From assembly GCA_964035545.1 (NCBI GenBank), contig OZ037768.1:14207675-14271674 (forward strand): 64,000 bases of DNA. The letters run 5' to 3'. Positions 1-11,885 of the stretch are shown piece by piece. This DNA is from Bugula neritina (taxonomy: Eukaryota > Animalia > Bryozoa). The position numbers and the translations under genes are program-made. Numbering within the stretch: the stretch's first letter is position 1; each line of letters starts with the position of its first letter. The notes under the pieces are model-generated. The model saw nothing but the letters and a program-made list of their open reading frames with translations, was not told the DNA's origin and made no database searches.

Positions 1-299
1 CATAATTTTATAATAATAACTAAATCACTATGACCACAGCATTTATTAATTGTTACCAAGTCAAATATTTGCCTAATTAAACAAAATACAAAACATTTAT
101 TTATTTATAATTATTTACAACAAAATTCTTATTATTAGTAGCAAACACTAAAAGTGGTTATAGTTGTAATGACCATGATTTTTTTCAAAGCTAAAATAGA
201 AACCATGAACATATGACAACAAATAATAATTGTAGATATAAGTGATATGGAAACAACCAATATGAAAGTGTATACCAATGTAAAAAGTAGGCACTATAT

Positions 300-1580
300 A
301 TTAATTAATATTTATAAAAAATTATTATCAATACTTTTCTAGGGATAAATCATCCATAAAGGTAAACTAAAAATCAACTTAAAACAATTAGTTATAATTG
401 ATAAATAATAATCATGTTATAATGCATAAATAAATAAGAAAATTTTTAAACTCAAAACTGAATGGAGTGAATATATCTAAGAAATGTATACATGGGCAGT
501 GTCAGTAGTGGGTTACATGGCTAGAACACTGAAATTAGACTATTAATGAGCTAAAAGAGATGAATTGAACGGCAAACAAACTAATGACAATAAATCATGC
601 ACTTTACCTAGAAGCAAAAGACAGGTTGTATGCTAGCAGGAAAGAAGGAAGCATTTATATAGTGTCAAATGAGAATGTGTAAGGATTGAAAACTGTAGCT
701 TATCAGATTAAATAAAGAGCAGGCAAATATGAAGACGTAATATTGAGTGACTTTAAATAGGTTAAAACCACATTAAGGTAAAGCTAAAAAATACCAATTT
801 AATTAAGAGAACTGATGGAATGAAAAGAGAAGACTTCAATTGGACAATATATTAGAAAGGTAGATAAAGTAGAAACATACCCAAGAAACTGGTCAAGATC
901 TAAATAACTGAAAAAAGGCAGAGCGATTGTTTTTGTCTGCTCAAAATTAAGCTTTTCCGGTTAGAGAATACAAGGTGACCAGAATGAAAAGTGAAAACCA
1001 AAGCAGCATGAGGTGTCAAATGTGTAATGCAAGGAATGAAATATGATATCCATAACGAGATATGATATCCATAACGAGTGTGAAAAGCTAGAACAGTGCA
1101 AATACACAAAGACATGATCCTGTGGCTTTGATAATTCACAGACAATTTTGTGGTATGAATGGATTCCAAAGGTGCAGGAATTGGTTGGACTTCCGAGCAG
1201 AATTAGCAATGGAAGATACATCACAATATTGTATAATTCCAACATATACATTGACAAGTCACTAAAGCTAAAAAAAAGCTTGATAACATGTTAGTTGGAA
1301 AGCACAATGTAGAAACAGTGATCACCAATATAGCTGTCCCTGGTGACTACATTGTAGAGGAGATAGAATCAATGAACGTAGCAAAATAACAGAATCTGGC
1401 ACTAGAACTCATAAGCCTTTGGAAAAAAACTGAATAAAATTTATCCCTATATAACTGGAGCTCTTGGGGTTACACCGTATATTGGACAACATTACTTATA
1501 TTGGGTAAGAAAAAATACACATTGACTCAACAGACAGTCCTACTAGGATCAGCATATTTTGAAAAAAAAGTATATTCATC
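300..1580 (+). mobile_element. Heavily decayed 3' fragment of a restriction-like-endonuclease (RLE) non-LTR retrotransposon (R4/Dong-like)
   Basis: Translation across frameshifts and stops gives LNGVN..TWAVSVVGY (cf. LNGKN..INTWAVSV.RY), RLYASRKEG, WKEK..GQY, CQMC (zinc knuckle), NIAVPGDY..E..K*QNLALEL..LW (PD..D nuclease region), GALG and QQTVLLGSA, in the order typical of RLE element C-termini. Boundaries approximate; contains a 19-bp tandem duplication near 1041-1078. Confidence 0.7.
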
Positions 1581-1985
1581 ACAAGTTAGTAGCAATAGGT
1601 CAATGGTAAAAGATTACAATAGCAAAAAAATTGTTGATACATCCAATAATAATATCATACCAACTATTATTCTAAATATCTTTCTTGTTCTGACACTTGA
1701 ATTACGAATTTAATAAATATATATAGCAACAGGACATTGAAAATATGACTATAAGTATAACATTGTAAACAAATAAAAGAAATATTCCACTTACTAATTT
1801 GATAAATCTGGTAGTTTTAAAATGTAAACTTGGTTAAAAGAAAAGTAATAATACTAAAATATTAAATTAGTGATATAGTTAATGTTATTAGTTATACATA
1901 TTGATATAAATTGCATGAGCATTGCTATTATAATTATCATCATCAGTCATTATTATTTTGAAATTATCAGTATCTTTCAGTTTAT

Positions 1986-2058
1986 TACGTCACCTGAAAA
2001 GTGCACAAGCCAGTGTAAAACTTAGCCGGTCCCAAGCCCGGATAAAGATAGAGGGTTC
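1986..2058 (+). ncRNA. Twister-ribozyme motif (type P1) at the RTE 5' end; this copy probably inactive
   Basis: Core GCCGGTCCCAAGCCCGGATAAA...GAGGG (2025-2055) matches the canonical twister core. P2 1988-1991/2047-2050, P3 1999-2006/2013-2023, P4 2026-2029/2038-2041, L4 UCCCAAGC. Confidence 0.85.
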
Positions 2059-5000
2059 GGTGACAGGAAGAGCATCTAGCCGGTAAAACACCCCAGCCTC
2101 AAACCAATATGCTTGAAAACCAACAGATGTCAGACCATGCTAGGGCATCCCCGTGTTAAGCGACGCCCAGCGATTAGATTGCCTTGCTGACCCTGTGAGA
2201 AGTATGCAAGCGGGGCTACAGAAGATCAGGATAGCAACCTTAAACATTAGTACGCTGACTGCTAAGAGTCGAGAGATTGCAGATTTGATGGTGAGGCAAA
2301 GCATTGACATACTATATCTGCAGGAAACAAGATGGAGAAGTGGGAAATCCGGAGGAAAGGCAAGAAACATAGGGGAAGGCATCAAACTATATTACAGTGG
2401 AGGAGGAAGACCTAAGAATGGAGTTGCTATTTGCTTGAAAGAGGAATGGCAAGACAAGATTATTGAAGTAGAGAGGAAGTCAGATAGAATAATGAGCATG
2501 AAGCTAGTGACGCCTCAACGAACCTATAACATCGTGTCAGCCTATGCACCACAACTAGGGTGTGAAGAGGAAGAAAAGGAAAGATTCTGGACTCAACTCG
2601 GGGCAATATCGGACAGTATTCCCACATCGGAGGAACTGATTGTTGCCGGAGATCTCAATGGACATGTTGGAGTAGAGAGAGATGGTTTTGAAAGATGGAA
2701 TGGTGGCAAGACACGTGGAAACATCAATGCAGAAGGAGAGCGGATTTTGAACTACGCTAGGGAGTGTGACCTGGCACTGGTAAACACATTCTTTACTAAG
2801 AGTGATGCCCAGACCTACACTTTCAAGAGTGGACTGAATCGAACTGTGATTGACTACATCGGGATTAGAAGAGAAAGCATTAGCAAGATCAAGGACTGTA
2901 AAGTGATCCTGGGCGAATCTGTAGCATCACAACACGGGCTTCTGGTAGTTGAAATCCTAGCCAAGAAGAATAAGAGAAGACCCAGAAAAAGAAAGATTAG
3001 CTGGTAAAAACTCAGAAAGCTGGAAGGCAAAGAGCTCTTAGAAAAACTGAGTGAAAAACTAGATGGAATCTATACTGAGGAAGGGTTGCAGTGGGCAGAA
3101 ACTTATCCAATAGTTATGGAGGCAGCCAAGGAGATTCTCGGAGAGTCAGTGACAGGAAAGTACCTAGAGAAAGAGTCTTGGTGGTAGAATGAGGAATAAC
3201 AGTCAGCAGTAAAAGAGAAAAGAGATGCATGGAAAGAATGAAAAAGAGCAAGTGAAGATAACAAAGAAGAAGCAAGAGAATGATACACCAGTCAGAACAA
3301 GACAAGCAAGGGAAAGGTAGCCATAGCAAAACAAGCAGCATCAGAAAAATTATATGATGAAATAAACAAGAATGGACCAAAGATCATCCACCGCCTAGCT
3401 AAAACTTGACACCAGAGATCTAAGGATATTGACAGAATACCTTTTGTCAAGGACATAGATGGAAATATCCTGTCTGAAGATGAGCAAATCAAAAAGAGAT
3501 AGAAAAACTACTTCAATGGCCTACTAAATAATGAGAACAGCAGGGAGAAACTGCCCCCGCAGTTACCAGTACCAGGATCAATAACAAAAATCCATGAAGA
3601 CAAAGTAAACACTCAGATAGGAAAGATGAAAGCCAATAAAGCCACAGGACCAGACTAGCTACCAATTGACATCATAAAGTTGCTGAAAGAGAGAGGAATT
3701 ACCTGGATGACAGCGTGTTTGAACAACATCATCTCCAAAAGGATACTACCAGACTGGAGAGAGAGCACGATAACACCAGTATGTAAGCAGAAAGGAGACC
3801 CACTATACTGCGGAAATTACCGGGGGATAAAACTGCTCAGCCACTGCCTCAAACTATTCGAGAGGATCATTAAACAGAGAATCAGAAAACTAGAACTTTA
3901 CAATCAAGCAAAATCAGTATGGATTTCAGAAGGGGAAATCAACTACAGAACCTATGTTTTGCCTCAGAATACTGCAGGAAAAGCACAGAGAGCACAACAA
4001 AGCGCTTTATATGGTGTTCGTGGACCTTGAAAAAGCATACGACACCATACCACGTGAACTAATATGGTACTGCTTACGTAAGCAAATGGTTCCAGAGCAG
4101 TACATCAACATCATGTATAAAGACTGCAGCACCAGTGTTAGGACAGACTCCGAGTTGACAAGCAAAATCCAAATTGAAGTCGGATTACATCAGGGATCGG
4201 CACTAAGCCCGCTGCTATTTATCATAATTATGGGTATTGTAGAAAAAGATATTAAAGAGGACAGCCCATAGGCAATGCTATTTGCCGATGATCTGGTCCT
4301 TTGCGACAGTAATAGAGAGAGATTAGAAAGAAGGTTAGATATCTGGAGAGGGAAAATAGAGGCAGCGGGATTGAAGATAAGCTGAAAGAAAACAGAGCAT
4401 TTGCCAGCAGTTGGAGACCAAGAAAACATCGGGATGAAGAAATATAGTAGCCAGGTTATAGAAAGCCTGCCTAAGTGTTCCAAATTCCAGTACTTGGGCA
4501 CAACAATCCACCAAGAGGGAGGCTGCTGAAGGGAGGTTGAGCTGAGAATATCCAAGGCTTGGGATAAGTGGAGAGAGCTGTCTGGTGTGCTGTGACAAGA
4601 AAATGCCCACAAAACTCAAAGTGCTGATCTATAAAATAGCTATCAGATCAACCCTGCTTTATGGAAATGAGGCATGGCCCATCACAAAATCCCTGGCGGA
4701 TAAGATGTTATCATGTGAGATGTACATGCTGCGATACTGTTTGAATGTCAGTTTAGAGGATCATAAGCCAAATGAGGAGATAACAGCAGAAGCCAGAGTG
4801 ATGCCAATTAAAGACCTGATGAGGAAGAGACAAATGCAGTGGCATGAGCATGTTAGAAGAAGAGAAAGTGGGGATGACATCAGGAGAGTGTCAGAGATGA
4901 CAGTTGAAGGAGTTCGGCCTAGGGGTAGACCAAAGCAAAGATGGTGTGTTACAATAAACTCAGACCTTAGATGGCTTGATCTAGATGGTGCTGATGCTGA

Positions 5001-5097
5001 AGATCGAGTGCGATGGAGAAGTCTGGTAGAACTTGGTATCAAGCAAAAACCCACCACCGGCGCAGGACCACGGCGGTGAAAGGTGACCAAGTTGACT
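1988..5097 (+). mobile_element. Full-length but inactivated RTE-clade LINE (APE endonuclease + reverse transcriptase)
   Basis: ORF pieces 2153-3007 (LQETRW, NGV, AYAPQ, GDLNGHVG, IDY), 3680-4030 (NYRGIKLLSH), 3954-4271 (FVDLEKAYD, GLHQGSALSP), then LFADD and YLG, and 4585-5079 (RPRGRPK); many stops and frameshifts. Identical 19-bp TSD AGTATCTTTCAGTTTATTA at 1969-1987 and 5098-5116. Confidence 0.95.
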
Positions 5098-6925
5098 AGT
5101 ATCTTTCAGTTTATTATGAGTTATACTGATAATGATAACTATAATGATTATCAAATTTAATGCTATTGAAATTATCATAATGTCATACTGATACTTATAG
5201 TTATTAAAGTTGAACTTTAATATATTTATTAATTACATTTAACTTTATTATTAATTATAATATTTTTATTTTGCACAATACGCATCACAATCAATAAAGC
5301 ACTACAGCCTTCTGATTGTCGCTTTACAAAAATTTTAATTAAGTTTTCACTATTTTCAATAATTATAATTTGATATATATTTATGATATTATACCTATTA
5401 CTATTAGTATTAGTATTATTAATAATAATTATAATAATATTTACAATTAGTAAATCACTTTTACTTTAGTTTCACTTCAATCAAATTTCAAATACCACTA
5501 CGTAATATATTCATTATATTTATTATAGTTCTGCTATTTTTGAAACTAGTTATTTGTTGACGTTGTAATACGGATTAATATTTTTCGACAATGTGTTTAA
5601 CAACAAAAACAAATTGAAACTAATAATTATTTCGATTTTAGCAATGGAAAGGTTGCCAATCAAAAGGACGCTAACGGAAATCACTAGTGGGCTCGTAGTT
5701 TGAAGACGAAATAATTGTCGGTACCAAACGGTTGAAGATAGTATGCTGCAGCGGCAGAATTATGTTACGCGAGAGAAAAAGCACTGAAATAATAGGAAAT
5801 GCAACTCTGTTGCGTTTAAAATGATGCAATAATACATCGCTAACGCAGCATAGCCATAGGCGTTGTTTTGGGTATTTGATATGCTGTTAGTCAAAACCTG
5901 TATAAAAACACTGTGTAAAATAAATCCATTTTAAACAGCAGTTGAAAATACCAGTTTAGATCTCTCTTTAAATTTAAAAACAAAAAGAAATATGTAACAA
6001 AACAATTCATAAGACTTGCATGATCCACCGTTTCACCAGTTCAACACAAAATTCAAATTCATCAAAAGGTATATTTATATTGGCATAATAATATGTTGTG
6101 GTGATATTAATAACTTTAAATATATTCTAATAAGACTTTTTTTGCAATGTCAAAATTTATAAGAGTGCTTGTATATACAAGTAAAACTCTATTTCACTGG
6201 TATAATTTTAGTATTTTCAATTTTCAAATCATGGTTGAAAGTTTTTTGGATAAACTAAGATCATAAAGTAATATGCTTACTGCGATATCATATATGTGAA
6301 TATCAATAACATATAATTATAAATCTATAAATCTATATTTTTCACACATTATTCAATACCAATTTTAGAAGATAAAAATTGCATGGCTAAACTACAAATG
6401 CAAATTATTCACTTATAGTTATAAAAATTCAAAATGTAATTTGTAAATATTCTTGAAGAAAATGCAATAATTAAATAAATTTCCTTGTCATAAAATAAGT
6501 GCCTTCTAAATTATATATAGCTCATATAGCTCAGGATACTGTGTGTTTTATGTTTATAATTTGTAATGCCTACTCTTTGAAGGAAATTGATGTTGGTGCA
6601 ACAGTAATAAGGATTGTTGCTGTTCAGCTCTCTGCCTCGCAAGAGCATTATAATTATTAATAGTATCATCGGCTTATAGCTTATAGACGTTGACCATGTT
6701 ATTGCCCATCAAAAGACTATCTATAAGCGTAATCTATAAGCTAAAATGTTTTATTGGCAAAAGTCAATTGCAAGAATAAGAATAAAGAGTTTCTAGTTTT
6801 TTCTGGGCACTGCATATATATACATACAATATAATAATAATAATAATATACAGCATATATGCAATATATAGGCTATAACGCCTACAACATAATATATACA
6901 TGCAATGTAACATATACAACTCGCA

Positions 6926-7228
<303 letters not shown>

Positions 7229-7304
7229 GTGTGCGTGAGCAATTTTGTAAGTATCTATATAACAAATGACTTGCCTCAATGTCAACCAAACAAAAAATAA
7301 TATA

Positions 7305-8658
7305 GGGGAGGGTGGGGATAGTTGAACCATGGGACTAGTTGACCCACATGCTCTAAATTTTCTCCTTTAAATCGTTGCACCGTTTTATCTCCTTTATACT
7401 TAAGAGCGTTTTAGGTGAGCTACCAGACATATAGAAATATATAAAACCGAAGCCGAAGTTTTCAGATGAGCAAGTATTTTTTCGCATCTTTTGCATAAAA
7501 ATTGAGCAAACTAAAAATTTGTTTTTTGGTAGCAAGTTACATAGCTTTTAGAATTTTAAGAGCCCAGTCAAATAAATTCAGGCATGTAATTTTAACATGA
7601 TTTCAAAGCTGAGTAATGACCTAAAATTGCAGAGATATCTTATTCACAGCAGATATTGACAACAAACTGTAGCGTGACAGTGTGGGGCTAGTTGAACCAC
7701 ATAGGAAGTGGGATGAATTGAACCATGCAGATACAACTTGTCCCTTTAATTATTTTCCCTATGTTAATTATAATTGAACACACCAGTTTTTACATTTGAG
7801 TTTATATTTTTCCTAACTAAAATCTTTCTGCCATCAATATATAAATCCAAACATACATTTAGCCCTAGACCAAGTGAAAATGTATGTCAGCAGTGTAATT
7901 AAACTATTCTGCAAATTTTTTCGGAATGGTGTAAAATTTCATATACTGAAAACAAACAGGGAACAGATTAGGTAAACTTAATTACAGCAACGAATACGGT
8001 AAAGCAAGGCAGTAACGCAAATCATCAGCCATTAGATTCAGAGCCTTCAAACAGCTGCTTCTAAAAAAATTGGTTATGCCCAACCATAAAATGCATTTTC
8101 GGATGTCATACGAGAGGACCCACTTCATATGTGTAACTTGTTTAAAGACAAATTACAAGAAAACAGCGTTTGAAAGTTTTTTTACCAGTTTGCTACTGCT
8201 GGTTTGGTTTTAAAGCGTCTTCTGCGTCACCTATCTTTGAGATGTTAAATGGTTATAATGACAGATCACATCAATTGTTTTTGTCATTTGTTTATGCCAA
8301 TTTGCTTCTACTTTTTTACGTTCTTTATTGCTAATCTTTAATAAAAGGCTTTTAGCTCACAAAAATATAGTTAAAACATTTATATTATAAGATAAATGGC
8401 ACTGGTTCAACCTTCGCACAGGGTGGTTCAACTTGCCCTCTACCGGTACATTGTGCCAAAAAACTTACAGTAAAAAAATATATGGCTCTATCTTTGTGAG
8501 TAAAATGTTTATACATTTAGTTTAAACAGACAAAGACAGCAACATATGACTAACTTTGATGGTGCTAGTCTTTAGATTGGCAAAATAGTTCTTCAAAACT
8601 TATGTTCAAAAACGCAATTTTTAGTTCAACTATCCCAACCCCCCCCCCCCCCCCCCCC
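7305..8658. mobile_element. Non-autonomous TIR DNA transposon, probably Tc1/mariner-pogo-like
   Basis: Left TIR GGGGAGGGTGGGGATAGTTGAAC (7305-7327) after TA; right TIR GTTCAACTATCCCAACCCCCCCC (8624-8646) running into poly-C; subterminal GTTGAACCA/TGGTTCAAC repeats. A related right end at 34901-35103 finishes in ...CCCTCCAC followed by TA. No transposase ORF; the superfamily is inferred from the TA flanks. Confidence 0.75.
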
Positions 8659-9852
8659 ATTGCATTACTAGCTTATTGAAATAGTTATTAGTTATCCTCT
8701 CTTTCGAAGCTTTGGGCATGCAATATTATGTAAAAAACATTTTTTACCATTGCATGAATGTACAATTATATTCATTTGGTTAATTTTACAATTATGATGA
8801 ACTCTTTATTTGATAAAATAATACACGAAAAAAAAGAAAACACCTCTATTTGCAGGCAAAGATGAAAGGTTAATATTTCCGAATGTATAAAAATACAATC
8901 TACAGTACAATTGCTTTCTGTACAACAGTTTTCACAAATATTATGAGGTACACATAATATTATTAAATACAGTACCGGTATGATGCTTGAAAATAAAGAT
9001 TGTATTGAGTATTAGAATGGCAATTATTTGAGATTTCTTTCAAAGGAGTTATGTCAGTGATTGTGCTGCGTATTATCTGAGGTTGATGTCTGCGGCGCTG
9101 GTCTTCATTTCATAAACAACAGACGGCCCTAGTCGCCGCAATACCGAACCTCAAGCACCAGTTTGTAGCTTTAGGGCTTAGGCTATAGCGTTGCCAGTGG
9201 AGGTATAGCCATGTTATAGCCTGGCCTTGGCTGTCATCTGATCTGGGTAATTAGAACATCAGTCTTCTAATTTTACAAAAAGAAAGTCATAGATAGTTTA
9301 CGGTTAACCTATGATTTTGGCAATTAAAATATATGGTCAATAGTCAATCTAATACTAATAGTCATCACTGTATGCTAAGTATTCCTCGTATAAAGTTACT
9401 AAATTACAAGCAGTGTGGTATATTAAGAGTGTTGCCATTAGCAAATCTTACGGAATCATATAGGCGCCATTATGCCGAGATTGGTACCGCGAGTTTATAT
9501 AAGTTATAAGGGAAAAATTTTGCCACTTTTTGTTATTTTATTTTTTTTTCTAGTTTATGTGTACATTTTTTTTAATTTTTTTTATTGGTAAAGCTTTTAA
9601 ACACATTTTTAATGCACATAAAATTAAAAGAAAAATTAAAACTCAATCATGCACATAAATACAAAGCTATAAAGTTTAAGCTTCGCTGTGATTACAATGT
9701 GAATATGAATTGAATAATGCTTGCAATAACCATTTTACACAAAATACGTTACAGTTGCTATAAATGTAAGACTAGTAAATTGGATGCAAATAGGCACGGT
9801 AATACTATTTAATTTATGCTATTTTTGAAATTTGTAGTAAATATTCGGCATG

Positions 9853-10907
<1,055 letters not shown>

Positions 10908-11054
10908 GCCAAATATTTACTATAAAATTCAAAAATAGCATAAATCAAGTAGTATTACCGTGCCTATTTGCATCCAATTAACTAGTCTTACATTTATAGC
11001 AACTGTAACGTATTTTGTGTATAATGGTTATTGCAAGCATTATTCAATTCATAT

Positions 11055-11682
11055 TGTGATATTTTTGTGGGTTGAATAGAACTAGTGCCTGAACATACTC
11101 TTTGTTAGAGAGAACAAGATGTATTGTATAGTTGAAGAAATCTTTATTTAGTTGAATTATATATAATAGTGAAGATCCTCTGCCAGTGAGCTCCAGTAGT
11201 AGACTGAACTACACTGGAGCTCGCTGGCTTTTATATACAACAAGATACAGTGCTTTTTCATTGTTGCCGAGATCGGAGGCCCGAAACGCCGAAAATCGGC
11301 ATTTCGGGCGTCCGAAACGCCGAATTTCGGCACTTCGGGCTTCCGGTAGCCCGAAATGCCGATTTTCGGTATTTCGGCACTTCGGAAAACCGAAATGCCA
11401 ATCTCGCAACCGGAAACAAGTACATGCAAAAATCTACCACACAATTACAGCATAAAAATTGATACGCAACATTAGTACAAGAAATATTACATAACTTCAG
11501 AATGCGTATTTCAGTAAAATTACATTATGTTGAAAGCTTCAACAGTAATTACCATACTTAGGCATTAGCAAGCTAGCTTACTTAACTATAATTACAGAGT
11601 TGATAACGATACGCAACAGTATTTATAATATACTGTTGCACACTGTTATTTCGCAACTAATAGAGGGTAAAAATCCATTACA
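11055..11682 (-). repeat. 3' LTR of Gypsy element 1
   Basis: Direct repeat of 17746-18373; minus-strand TATATAAAAG at 11228-11237 and AATAAA at 11143-11148; preceded on the minus strand by the purine tract GGGGGAGAA (11683-11691). Confidence 0.97.
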
Positions 11683-11885
11683 TTCTCCCCCCATCGAAAA
11701 GCATCCTCTTTTCGATAACAGAGACAGGGTGTTTGTACAAACAGGTCAAAAATAAAACACAACAGTAGAAAATATGTGGTTAACAGAAAAGTATTATGAT
11801 TAATCACGAGTGTCTCAATAAACAATCGTAGTAGCACCCACAATATATACAGTTCGGGTGGCTAATGCCTAATTGTTCGGTTTGG

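Noticed and set aside
5540-5900. CpG-containing patches that look like repeat fragments (also about 23900-24200 and 60280-60600)
   Set aside because: No termini, TSD or second copy could be established within the window.
9078-9099. let-7-like start UGAGGU
   Set aside because: The seed differs (GAGGUUG vs GAGGUAG) and the rest does not match.
11157-11462. Short overlapping ORFs duplicated at 17848-18153
   Set aside because: By-products of the GC-rich palindromic array in the LTRs; no protein features.
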